A DNA stretch of 64,000 nucleotides from Octopus vulgaris. Lineage: Eukaryota. A model generated the notes under the pieces. It saw only the letters and a list, made by a program, of their open reading frames with translations, searched no databases and had not been told where the DNA came from. Positions 1-13,104 of this stretch are shown piece by piece; position 1 is the first letter of the stretch, and each line of letters begins with the position of its first letter. Location of the stretch: NCBI GenBank assembly GCA_951406725.2, contig OX597819.1:126790001-126854000 (forward strand), given 5' to 3'. The translations under genes and the position numbers were made by a program.

Positions 1-251
1 AACGTAGACAATGATTAAAAGACCGGATTTTATATGTCGGTATTATGAAGCGAAAGAATGAAGGCAAAGGCAGATAAAACAAGTGCACGAGTCTATCAAT
101 ATTCATCTTCTTAATCGTTTTGCATTTTCATATTTTGTATTCAAAGAAAAGCAAAAACATTCAATAACGTAAGAATTTAAAGAACGAAGTTTTCGATTAA
201 ATACAATATTTCAATTTTTGCTTTTGTCATCGACATAGAATCCCTAATCTA

Positions 252-302
<51 letters not shown>

Positions 303-694
303 TTAAATGTGCTCACTGTATCTCGCTTGCCTTTCTTATTTTGATACGGGATAATAAGAAAAATATTTATATGAAATGTTTCTTAAATAAAAGTGTGTTT
401 AGACCATTTAACCTGTTATTTTCCTGAAAAACCTTTAAACTGAGATAATATAATAAACAGGATAAATCAGCTTTATTTCTCAAATACACATTATTTTAAA
501 ACTAATCTCATATTAAGAAAAGGCAAACATGTTACTATGTTTCTCGAATTAGGATTAAATGTTTTTAAAACAGATTTTTAGATTTTAGTCCAAAATTTTG
601 GTGTCCTGAACATTTGGTCTTTCATTCTTTTGGAATTCTGGTTTGTCGGCCATGTGAATTTGAGACTTTTTATTCAGTCGTGAGACCGAAAGTA

Positions 695-965
<271 letters not shown>

Positions 966-1329
966 TTGTGTGTCTTATGCGAAATTAATTAAGTAGAAAT
1001 AAGGCAATTTACAAAGTAGAAAGCATAATATTCTTAAGAGAGTTGAATATGATTACATGCTTTGTATGACACCAGAGTAAAAGAGCTAATTTCTATTTCT
1101 TCGAATATTTTCTTTGTTGTATATATGTATGTATGTGTGTGTGTTCTGAGTAGATAGTATCTAATGATGGTATGTAGAGTTCGCTTTCAAAAAAGATCAC
1201 CAGGTTAATTATAGATTCCTAACATTTCATTTTACTCGGTGCTGAAGCAATTTTACTCAAAATGTTTCTTATAACATGACAGTCATTTCTCAGAGTCAAT
1301 TGATGGACACAATGCAGGAGTTACAAATA

Positions 1330-1630
1330 TTGCTTTTAGATTTTGGCACAAGGCCAGCAATTTCGAAGGAGAGCGTAAGTCGATGACAGCGACTCCAGTG
1401 TTCAACTGATACTTATTTTATCGACTCGAAAAGGAAAAAAGACAAAGTCGACCTTGGTGGGATTTGAACTCAAGATGTAAAGACGGATGAAATACTGCTA
1501 AGTATTTTCCCCGGGGTGCTAACGATTCTGCCAACTCGCAGCTTTAAATCCGCAAAATATTGATATCAAGTTTCGGTACAAGGCCAGCGATTTCAGGGGA
1601 TGTGTGCTAGTGGACTATATCGACCCTAAC
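1330..1630 (-). mobile_element. Family-A tRNA-derived SINE plus a second partial copy in tandem
   Basis: Reverse complement of the recurring body GAGTTCAAATTCCGCCGAGGTCGACTTTGCCTTTCATCCTTTCGGGGTCGATAAATTAAGTACCAG, with the GGCCTTGTGCCAAAAT tail. Confidence 0.8.
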
Positions 1631-1803
1631 TTCTATATATTCGCGATAAGTGTGCTACCATCATCGCAAATATATATAGATGTGTGTTCGAGTCCCATGC
1701 ATACGAAAAACCCCACTTTTTTCCGCCAAGGGCTTATATGCCCCAATATTAGACTATTATTGTTATTTACAGAATTGTCACTCGTCACCGCTTCTCAATT
1801 CAT

Positions 1804-1844
<41 letters not shown>

Positions 1845-1943
1845 GGAAACTGCAGAATTGTCTGTCTGTCTGTCTGTCAAAATATTTTCGTCGCTAAAAT
1901 CCGCGACCTGTTCACTGACAAAAATCCGTGCTGCATCTCTGTG

Positions 1944-1983
<40 letters not shown>

Positions 1984-2122
1984 TTTAAATTTAAATGTTG
2001 AAGTGAATCGAACGGATTTTGTGTGTTTCTTAAATGGCTTACAAACACCTTCCACGCTGCAATTGTTTTCGTTTCAGCACACGATCTCAGATCAAATTAC
2101 TTGCTATGCGAGTACATCTCCG

Positions 2123-2170
<48 letters not shown>

Positions 2171-2175
<5 letters not shown>

Positions 2176-3075
2176 TGGTACCCAAAATTTACCGGAAATC
2201 GTCTTTGTGGGACAAGCCCGTTGTATTTCGGATTTCTGCTACAAGAATCTACTTAATGCTACTCTCAGGCATCAGTCTACCGACCAGCGTCGTTGACTAC
2301 CGTCGTACTGCATCGTGGCGCTTCTTTGTTTTGCAGTGCTTCACCGTTGTTCGTTGATTCTTGCGATGCCTGAAACGTACGAAAATCGTGCTTCCGTAAA
2401 AGTCTGTTTTCTGTTGAGGGAAACGGCGGCTGAAATAGTTGTCATGCTTCAAATAACTTACAAGGGCGCTGCCATGAGCAAAACACACGTTTACGAATGC
2501 TTTTCACGATTTAGGAGTGGTCATTTGTCACTTGAAGACCAGCCTCGTTCAGGGCGACCGTCGACCTTTCCCAACGAATGAAAGCACCGTGAAAATAAAT
2601 GAACTGACCTTCGAAGACCGTCACCGAACAGATGACGAACTTGTTTTGATTGGTGTGTCCTGTAGCTCTGCCATCGAATTTTGAGCGAGAAATTGCGAAT
2701 GAAACGAGTTGCAGCAAAATTTGTATCTCGTCTGCTCACGGAAGATCAGAAATAGTCACGACTAAATACGTGTCGTGAACTGAAAGAACAGTTGGAGGTT
2801 GATCTAGGCCTTTTTTCGAAGGTCATCACTGGTGATAAAAGGTGGTGGAAAGGAATTTTCAGATGTGGAAGAGGTGAAGAAAGAAAACGACGGAGGCATT
2901 AAAATGCATCACTTCGCAAGAGTTCCAGCATTGCTTCAAACAGAGGAAAACGCATCTGGACAGAGGCATTGGTTCAAATGGAGGATACTTTAAATGCAAT
3001 AAAAGTGTAAGAATGTAAAACTAAGTAAATAAAATAACATTGCAAAATTCCGATTTCTTTTGGGTACCCCCACGT
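2171..3075 (+). mobile_element. Internally deleted, degenerate mariner-family DNA transposon
   Basis: Imperfect TIRs (GTGGTACCCAAAATTTACCGGAA at ~2175 vs TTCCGATTTCTTTTGGGTACCCCC at ~3048). Transposase HTH fragment (ETAAEIVVMLQITY...FSRFRSG..LEDQPRSGRPST), then AAKFVSRLL and ITGDKRW joined directly to C-terminal sequence, so the DDD core is deleted. Stops and frameshifts present. Confidence 0.88.
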
Positions 3076-4859
3076 GTGTGTATATATATATAACTGAGGT
3101 ATTCATTGTGTTAGGCCCCGAAACAAAATTCAGGCTGTACTCCTGTAACACGTCTACTAATGTCTGTTGCTAAAGCACTCCGTACGTAGAGATAGTCGAA
3201 GACAGCGAAACAGTGCCGTTATCTTTGCATATATTATAGAAGAATACATTGGTTCAAAATGTATTATAATGGAACCGAATCCGGAACCACGTAATTATAA
3301 AGCTAACATCTGAATCAGATACTTGATAAGATATCGTCTTCGTCTTGCAAAAACTTTTGGTTTCTTAATGACAATTTCAAAGCTTTTATACTTGGGAATT
3401 TGTTGTTGCAATCGGTTGATAAAAAGTTGGTTTCTGTGCACTGGAAAAAAGATTCTACCACGGCATAGAGATAAAATATGGCAAAAAAAGAGAGATGCAT
3501 TCGCTAAATAAAAATTAGGTATTCTGTTCATATCTATATTTGTTTCTGGTACTTGAGTAAAACATATGCACGCACACAGGCGTACTAAATGCATGTAGCA
3601 TCTAGTAACAGTTGTGAAACGTATAGGAAAAATTGTAAATTAGTGAACGTGGAGGTAACCGTATAGGGAATGTAAAAGTACACGAGATCACGTATGGTTG
3701 AAGGGGGACAGTCCACCCTCTTCTCTCTCTGTCTGTCTGTCATGTGCAGGAGAGATCTCTGGTGAAGATCAAACATGATTTGCAGAGAAAAAGTATTAAG
3801 TCTCGCGATAATGTTGGGGGAGAGGATGAAGGGATTCGTACTGCTAGAAGATCAGCAAGATTGATGTTATTACAATTCTCAATAGTGACGTTTGATGACG
3901 ATGTCTCTGTCTTTTGAAGTATGAATTCCTGTGATCTTTATAAATATTTACTTCCAGCAAAACTATAAAAATCGATGATATGATGTTACGTCTGAAGGAC
4001 ACCATACTCAATGCGATTACATTAAGGAAATAAGGTTCTTCTTGTCTCTGCCATTTGAATAATTCAAACTATTTAATTTATAAAAGTCAATAATCTAAAA
4101 GCAATAGAAATACGAACTAGATTTTCGTTTTGTCGTAAAAATGTATCAATTTTCGAGACTTAGACATGTTATAATGTAATTCTACATATTCTTGTAATAT
4201 TGGCTACAACATATTGTTGATATAACTCATTTGCTTCAAATATGTGCACACACACACACACATACACACACACGCACACACACACACATCGATCGAAACG
4301 CTGTTTATATGTATTCTGCCATCGGTACAACGCATTATTCACAAATACAAGGTCTTGCCTAACTGAAAAATATGCACTGTTTATCAAGTTCGACCCGTCA
4401 TTGCAGATAATTTGGGTCTTGTGCAATTGTCAAGGTTTTTATAAGTAACTTGCTGTACGTAGTTCGAGTTTATTCTGTAAAATTGTAGCAGGACCAAATG
4501 AATTGCGTTCATGTATGAAGATACTCTTGTCTGTTCATGGGCGGCTCGGAGTTCTTAAATTCATTCTAAATTACCCAATAAAATGGAATTCACTTCATGT
4601 GTATCTGTCTTCGATCTTACTACGCGACATCTGCCAATGTTTCACGTTGAACAAAACTTTGTGGGTTAAACTTAGAGTTTAGTAACTAAAATAACTTGTT
4701 ATATTTGAATACGGTCCTTCTCTTTTTTAGTTCAAACCTCACTCGGGCCGAAGATAGCAATTAAACAATAATTAAGCAAAATATTATGATCGTTATATGG
4801 GTTAAACCCTTTAATCTGTTGCCTGAAAGTGCCACAATCCACTGAGTAAAACCAATAAA

Positions 4860-5240
4860 ATATTGCTTTCAAATTTTGATATAGGGCCAGTATTTTCGAA
4901 GCAGGGTCTAAGTTGATTATATCGACCCCCATACTCAAATGGTATTTTTTTCAACCCCGAAAGGATGAAAGGCAAAGTAGATCTCAACAGCATTTTAGCT
5001 CAGCGTAAAAACAGACCGAATTCCTCTGTGCATTTTGCCTGGCGTGCTAACGATTCTTCTAACTCGCAACCTTAAACCTGCAAAATATTGGTTTCAAATT
5101 TTGATACAAGGCCAGCAAATTCGTGGAGGGGCTAGTCGATTACATTGACCCTAGTATTCAACTGATATTTATTTTTATTGACCCCAAAATAATGAAAGGC
5201 AAAGTCGACCTCGGCGGAATTTGAACTCAGAACGTAAAGG
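4860..5240 (-). mobile_element. Two tandem family-A SINE copies
   Basis: Same body and tail as other copies, arranged head-to-tail. Confidence 0.8.
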
Positions 5241-5669
5241 TGACCACGAAAAGAATAACTATTAAATACTCTAAAACATCTCAAATCATTGCCAACGCAT
5301 ATGTTTAGGTACTAATACTTTCATTGTGAACAACCGATCTACTTCGGTATTACAGCCCCAATATCTCATTAAAAAGTTTTTCTAATTTTTTTCGCCATGA
5401 AAATTTCACCTTTCTTCCAGGTTGAAGTTCAGCAACACTCACGTTCAAAATATTCGTTCAATATATTTTGTTAATAATTTTGTTGAGGAGTTACTCTATT
5501 TCAAGTCATATACATAAGTGCGCATGCGCTCGAGCACGCACACACTCGCAGTTAGTGAGTGAGAAAAGTAAGCCATAATCAAGAAAAGATACCAAAATTA
5601 TATTTAGCTGAATTAATACATACACACATCTATGAATGTATGTGTATATGCGCATCTACTAGCGCGCGC

Positions 5670-5679
5670 ACACACACAC

Positions 5680-5721
<42 letters not shown>

Positions 5722-5754
5722 GTATATATATATATATATATATATATACACGTG

Positions 5755-5795
<41 letters not shown>

Positions 5796-5979
5796 GTGTG
5801 TATATATATATATATATATATACGTGTGTATATATATATATATATAACGTGTGCATATATATATATATACACGTGTGCATATATATATATATACACGTGT
5901 ATATATATATATATATATATACACGTGTGTATATATATATATATATATATATAAGTATATATATATATATATAAAACAC

Positions 5980-6010
<31 letters not shown>

Positions 6011-6045
6011 ACTATATATATATATATATACATATATACATACAT
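5670..6045. repeat. (TA)n array punctuated by CACGTG units
   Basis: Direct reading. Confidence 0.95.
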
Positions 6046-6139
6046 ACCTAAGATTCATGTGCCACCGTCTATTTACAAGGCTAATCAATTAATCAATCGA
6101 TCAATATTAAGCAAAACATATGGTGATAGAACGCCTGGT

Positions 6140-6770
6140 TAACTCTCAGTCTTATACATCTTGAATTTAAATTCCGCTGGAATCAGCTTTGAGTTTTCCT
6201 ATATTTCATCCCCCACCTCCAAGGTAGACTATCAACCCTGTGTCAATACAACTGAATACACACTCCGCTCATTTCAATGTGTTGCGGCACTGTACTAGTA
6301 TAGGAATTCAATATTAATAATGGCTTCTAATTCAGGCTCAAGGCCAACAGTTTTGATTGGAGGCTTTTAATCGAACCCGTTGGCTCTAGTACATGACTAG
6401 TACGTGTTTTATCAACCAGCCACAAAAGGAAAAGTCAACCTCATCGTGATTTGATCTCAAAAGCTAAAGAGCTGTAACTAAATTCCACAAGATATTTTCA
6501 CTGCCTATCATCAACCGCGGCATATTATTATTATCTTATCTGGTTATAATTATTTCTACTTTAGACGCAAAGCCTGCAGTTTTGAGTATAGAAGTTTTGT
6601 AGATACCATCGACCTCAGTACAAGATTTGTTCTTTGTTTTATCGAGCCAGTAGGGTGAAACGCAAAGCTGACATCGAAAGAATTTGATCTCAGAAGGAAG
6701 AGAGCCGGTTGAAATACTGCAAACATTTTTTTCTACCGCTCTAACGATTCTGCCAACTCGTCCCCCTTAT
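6140..6770. mobile_element. Cluster of degraded family-A SINE copies (one +, two -)
   Basis: Diverged matches to the body (e.g. aaagtcaacctcatcgtgatttgatctc; aacgattctgccaactcgtc). Confidence 0.6.
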
Positions 6771-6870
6771 CTTGATGGTGATGATAACACTAATAATCTT
6801 GAACAAATGTGACTCTTCGAAGTAGTTTTAAAAATCCAGCTTCCCCAATAATAGTCTCAATGGTACATCT

Positions 6871-7013
6871 CATCATCATCATCGTTTAACGTCCGTTTTC
6901 CATGCTGGCATGGGTTAGACGGTTTGACCGGGGTCTGGGAAGCCAGGAGGCTGCACTAGGCTCTTGTCTGATCTGGCAGTGCTTCTACAGCTGGATGCCC
7001 TTCCTAACGCCAA
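6871..7013 (-). mobile_element. 3' fragment of a SINE/RTE-type retroposon with (GAT)n tail
   Basis: Minus strand reads ...GGCGTTAGGAAGGGCATCCAGCTGTAGAA...GGAAAACGGACGTTAAACGATGATGATG, a typical RTE-related 3' end. Confidence 0.6.
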
Positions 7014-7897
7014 GCGTCGAATTAACAGAGTCGTTACAGCTTGTGTTAACATATATTGCGGTCTTTGTACCGGATCACTACGCATGCGTTCAAATCTCAC
7101 TGAGGTCAGCTATATCTTAAAGTACAGCTCCTGGGCAGTGGAATGGCGGAATTGTTAGAGGTCGTATTTATTGCAGTTATTTGCATTCCGAGTTTTTATC
7201 GGGCATATATAATCATTCATCCGATTTGACAACACCGCCTGATTTTGGGTGATTTATGTCGTAGTGGACTTTAGTCTATTGCAAGCCTTTGGACTCGTTA
7301 TCCAGTTTGAGGAAAATTTCCATCCTGGTACCGGTTATGGAGACCCTGACTCATGGGTGCTGTCGTTTCCTCTGTAACTAAACTGCAAAATGTAAACATA
7401 AATTAGTTTCGTCTTCAGTTGTTTCCGTAAGTCAGATAAATACGTACATGAATGCATAAATCTGTTGATGAACGTTAAACAACCTCGAATTTAAATGTTA
7501 ATCTTTTCAGATCTACATAGCAACATATATTAAATTATTGCATAAGATCACTGTATTTTTGTTAATACTTTTCGTTAATAATATTAAAAAGCACCAACAA
7601 AATAACAATTCTTTTTATATCGTTAACATAAGTTTTTGTGGTTGATAAAACTGTAATAATGCTTATTTGGCATATTTACATTGTATGTAAGAATACTTTG
7701 AAAGCAATCAACTAGAAATAAGTAGGCAACCGATTAGAATGCAAGTTGAAAAATCGGGTGACAGCTAACAAATAATGTATGAATGATCAAACAAATGCTT
7801 ATTCACTGATTGACCTATAAAAAAAAGTAGAAAGATTCGTGTGTAGCATATTGACTGAATAACAAACATCATGTCTACAAAAGTTTATTTACGAACA

Positions 7898-7951
<54 letters not shown>

Positions 7952-7996
7952 GTTGTTGTTGTTGTTGTTGTTGTTGTTATCATGATTATTATTATT

Positions 7997-8612
7997 AAGA
8001 CGGCGAGCTGGCAGAAACGTTAGCGTGCCGGGCGAAATGCTTAGCGGTATTTCGTCTGCCGTTACGTTCTGAGTTCAAATTCCGCCGAGGTCGACTTTGC
8101 CTTTCATCCTTTCGGGGTCGATAAATTAAGTACCAGTTACGCATTGGGGTCGATGTAATCGACTTAATTCCTATGTCTTTCCTTGTTTGTCCCCTCTGTG
8201 TTTAGCCCCTTGTGGGTAATAAAGAAATAGGTATTTCGCCTGTTGCTACATTCGGAGTTCAAATTCCATCGAGGTCGACCTTGATTTTCATCCTTTCGGG
8301 GTCGATTAAGTAAGTACCAGTTACACACTGGGGTCGATGTAATCGAATTAATCCCTTCCCACAAAATTTGAGGCCTTGTGCTTCCAGTAGAAATAATAAT
8401 AATATTATTAATAATAATAATAATAATAATTATTATTATTATTATTATTATTATTCACATTCTGAGTTCAAATTCCGCCGAGGCCGACTTTGTTTTACAT
8501 CCTTTCGGGGTCGATAAATTAAGTACCACTGAAACAATGGGGTCGATGTAATCGTCTTATCCATTGCCTTGTGCCAAGTTTAGAAAATATCATTATTATA
8601 TATCTTTCTGCA
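7997..8612 (+). mobile_element. Three tandem family-A SINE copies embedded in (ATT)n
   Basis: Head AAGACGGCGAGCTGGCAGAAACGTTAG with B-box-like GAGTTCAAATTCC; the body occurs three times. Confidence 0.85.
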
Positions 8613-8614
8613 TA

Positions 8615-9020
8615 TTATAAGTCCTGGGACTTTAGCGATAGATTTTTCATAATTCTTAAGGCACTTGTTTTTATTGATAAATTCGCTTTTTAGCTTCACA
8701 TTCCCGATAACTCCATTGACTTATTTTTATAATGTGGATAAATTCTATACTTCACTAAGAGACATAATATCTTCTTGGACTGATATTTTGATTAGGAAAT
8801 ACTTCCTTATTCTTTTTATTTTCCCCGATTAATTCTAATATCTGGGTGAATAACCTTTATCCTTCTGTCTATGTGGGTTGGCATATCCCAGAATGACAGT
8901 CATTTATTTCATCATCGATATATAGTTACTTTTATTGGGTATCTATTTAGAACACTGTCTCACTATGTGGTCTCTGTGAGAAATTTCTGGGATCCCATGA
9001 AATATTGTATTTTAATATTT
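8615..9020 (-). mobile_element. Degenerate R4/Dong-clade non-LTR retrotransposon fragment (restriction-like endonuclease region)
   Basis: Minus-strand hand translation gives ..FWDMPTHIDRRIKVIHPDI.. and ..YFLIKISVQED..SLSEV.., resembling the WD-P--TDR---NRPDI...LID-S motif of R4/Dong RLE domains. Flanked by (ATT)n. Confidence 0.6.
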
Positions 9021-9086
9021 AAAGATTCGTGTGTAGCATATTGACTGAATAACAAACTTCATGTCTACAAAAGTTATTTACGAACA

Positions 9087-9139
<53 letters not shown>

Positions 9140-9483
9140 ACACACGATTTCACATCAAAAATCGTGCAAAACAAATATATAAACGTAACAACGTGAGCCA
9201 TAGCAAGGAGCTGAAGGACACTGTAACACCAAATATATAGTGCGTGTGTTTTTATTGGCTAAACTAGCAAAATGACTATTCCTAAATACAATAATATTTT
9301 AATAAAATTTAATAAAAATTTGATTTATATAACTCCTGATATACAGGATTTCTGAATGATAAGTTATGTGGCTTTATATGAATGAGGGCTCTTCTTAAAA
9401 CAATTTTGACTCATTTAATCTGTTATCAAAATTGAGGCTGGCGAAGATCCTCTGTAAAATGATGGCATGTATTTCGTGATTTA

Positions 9484-9694
9484 AAGGCGGCGAGCTGGCA
9501 GAAACGTTAGCACGCTGGCTGAAATGCTGAGCAGTATTTCCTCTGCGTTCTGGGTTCAGGTTCCGCCGAGGTCGACTTTGCCTTTCATCCTTTCGGGGTC
9601 GATTAAATAAGTACCAGTTACGCACTTAATCCGTTTGTCTGTCCTTGTTTGTCCTCTCTGTGTTTAGCCCCTTGTGGGTAGTAAAGAAATAGGT
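9484..9694 (+). mobile_element. Family-A SINE with 17-bp target-site duplication
   Basis: ATGTATTTCGTGATTTA at 9467-9483 and 9695-9711. Confidence 0.9.
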
Positions 9695-9999
9695 ATGTAT
9701 TTCGTGATTTATGTGTGTGTGTGTGCATGCGTGTATATTCTCATTATCATCTGGCTATTAAACTTTGTGTCACTGTGGTAGGGGAACATCTTCTGACACA
9801 AGGGTAACTGTAAAACCAACAGCATAGCTGCTTTACTGTATTGTAAATATGTGCCTTATTTCGGATGCAACGCTGTTGCTACTTACGACTTGACTTAGAT
9901 AATTCGGTTCCTGCAAGAAGTCAAGTCAATACTTGAGAAATATTTGGGGCTGGCTAAATAGGTTTGCACTCACCTATCTCATCGCTCAATAATAACAAT

Positions 10000-10215
10000 A
10001 ATGGTTTCAAATTTTGGCATAAAGCCAGCAATTTCGGGGACGGTAATAAGTCGATTACATCGACCACAGTGCTCAACTAGCATTTATTGCATCGACCTCG
10101 AAAGGACGAAAGGCAGTCGACCTCGGTGCAATTTGAACTTAGAGCGTGAAGACGGACGAAAAACCGCTCGGCACTCTGCTCGGCGTGCTAACGATTCTGC
10201 CAACCTGCTGCGTTA
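10000..10215 (-). mobile_element. Family-A SINE
   Basis: Reverse complement of head, body and tail; flanked by AAT-rich sequence. Confidence 0.8.
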
Positions 10216-10492
10216 ATAATACCAACAATATTTTATCGCTAATCGGTTTAAGGTAAAGCGGTGCAACTAAATACCACATTTAAGAGCTACTTTGCCAGAA
10301 CATGAACTTCCAGAACACCTCGAAACGCATTTGTAGTGGTTAATAGTGTCAATTAGTTTTTTTACAATCATCTTAAATTATTTCCAGTGTATTCTACATG
10401 GATTACTTACCTCGTGTAAACTATATTTCCTGTTATTATTCAGATTTATTCACGCAGTCCATTTTACCATGGTAGGCCTTTGATGTTTATAT

Positions 10493-10533
<41 letters not shown>

Positions 10534-10944
10534 TGTAGATAGTATGTGAGTGTGTGTATGTGTATGTTACTCGGTTATAAACTTACACGATAACATCGGC
10601 GAATTTTGCCAGGTTCAGTATTTATCGATCGATAATAGCATCAATCAATAAATAATAAATCGATATTATGTTACCGCTGACTCTGTCAAATACTTTTTTT
10701 GTTTACGCTAATTTTGAGCAATATGCATCATGAAGAATAGTGTGTGTGTGTGTGTGTGTCTAAAAGGAAAGTATGTCTTTGTTAATTTCTATATTAATTT
10801 CTTTGTAGTTTGGCATCATCGACGAGTAAAATCTTCGAATTTATATCAAGGATTTTCTTGTTGCTCCTTTGCATTTCGCGATCAATTTTCCCTAGGTTCT
10901 GTACAGTAAGAGCCAAGTACTGAAGTTAATGGAATCGACTGACT

Positions 10945-11120
<176 letters not shown>

Positions 11121-11724
11121 ACACATACCAATTTTGGAAACCATTATTATATCAATTTCCAAGTTAGTAGATTGTTATACACAAGTTTTTATTCTAACTA
11201 CAATATGTACGGCCAGTTATCCAGAAATCTGTAATTAAATATGAAATAATCTTTATCATTCTTTATCCCCGTACTGTTCGACGCCACTTGCACTGATTCC
11301 TATTGTAGCAACTAATAAGTACGACCAATCTCACTTACAAGTACAGTCAGCGCGTGGGCCTCATAACATGTACCCTACTTCCGTTATTTCTTTTAGTTGC
11401 CCGTGTAATCGAGAGCAGAGGTGCCATCTCTCTCCCTTCAACCTTGGCAAAACAAAACATCTGGTGTGTGACACATAGATAGACAGATAGAAGGAGAGAG
11501 GGTGAGAGACGGAGAGAGAGAAAGAATAAAGAGAGAAGAGTAAGAGAGATAGAAAGCTAGTGAGAGAGGAAGATGTAGAAGGGAGCGTTGGAGCTGCACC
11601 AGTCCTCAGCTGATAGTTATTATAGCTGAGCAGAATGGAACAATATGAAATGAAGTGTCTTGATGAAGGACCCGACAATGCTAGCATCATGATTGCGATG
11701 CACTTTCACAGCATCGGTTTACAC

Positions 11725-12150
11725 TTTACTCTTTTTACTCTTTTACTTGTTTCAGTCATTTGACTGCGGCCATGCTGGAGCACCGCCTTTAGTCGAGCAA
11801 ATCGACCCCGGGATTTATTCTTTTTTAAGCCTAGTACTTATTCTATCGGTCTCTTTTGCCGAACCGCTAAGTTACGGGGACGCAAACACACCAACATCGG
11901 TTGTCAAGCGATGCTGGGGGACAAACACAGACACACAAACACATACACACACACACACACATATATATATACATATACATATATGCGACGGGCTTCTTTC
12001 AGTTTCCGTCTACCAAATCCACTCACGAGGCTTTGGTCGGCCCGAGGCTATAGTAGAAGACACTTGCCCAAGGTGCCACGCAGAGGGGACTGAACCCGGA
12101 ACCATGTGGTTCGTAAGCAAGCTACTTACCACACAGCCACTCCTGCGCCT
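11725..12150 (-). mobile_element. Full-length family-B tRNA-derived SINE (resembles octopus OR-type/CORE-like SINEs) with internal (TG/TA) microsatellite
   Basis: Minus-strand head AGGCGCAGGAGTGGCTGTGTGGTAAG...GGTTCAGTCCC (A/B boxes), then GGCACCTTGGGCAAGTGTCTT. 3' end GGCGGTGCTCCAGCATGGCCGCAGTCAAATGACTGAAAC plus short repeat tail. The family name is from memory and unverified. Confidence 0.85.
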
Positions 12151-12463
12151 CCTTCTGACATCCCGTCTGGGAAGCTCTATTATACTCAACCCCAATAACA
12201 CATTGGCCTTCATCTTGAAGATAGTGAAACAAATAGAGTGAAGTTGCTTGGTCTTTTTCACGAGACAAACCTTCCTTCATAAGAAAAACCATGTGTTTAG
12301 GTTTGTTCGCTGTACTTAATTTCATTGCTTGCCTCTCGTGTCGGTGCTGGTTGCTGATATTATGACGTCAACAACAGGTTTTTTTTCTATTTCTGGAGGT
12401 CATTTTGTTTTTAGATATTTCTGAAAATAGTTGCGCAAAATGTGTTCCTAACAACAACAAAAT

Positions 12464-12473
12464 TAACTACTAG

Positions 12474-12555
<82 letters not shown>

Positions 12556-12790
12556 CACTGCTGTGGCTGCTACTACTACTACTACTATTGCTGCTGTTAC
12601 TACTACTACTACTATTGCTGCTGTTGCTATTACTACTACTACTACTGCTGTGGCTGCTACTACTACTACTACTACTACTGCTGCTGCTGTGGCTGCTACT
12701 ACTACTACTACTACTACAACTACTAAAACTACTACAATAAATGATAATAATAATAATAGTAATGATGATGATGATAATGATGATAGTAGT
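12464..12790. repeat. Compound (CTG)n/(CTA)n/(ATA)n/(ATG)n trinucleotide array
   Basis: Direct reading. Confidence 0.95.
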
Positions 12791-13030
12791 AAAAAAAAAG
12801 TCAAAATAGAATCATCTGTATTGAGAATTTTCATAGACGCATTTCGACAAGTCCAACGTGACACAAACTTACACATACTCCTTATATGTTCTCTCTTTTC
12901 TTTGTTACTCAGTTTACTGCTCTGGGTTTCACTCTCTTTCTCTCCCTCTCTCGCCACACACATAACACTCACACACACACATATGTACACATACACACAT
13001 ATATATACAGGCATATATGTATAGATACAT

Positions 13031-13104
<74 letters not shown>

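Noticed and set aside
11693-12241. 182-aa ORF with an apparent signal peptide
   Set aside because: It is the antisense reading of a family-B SINE.
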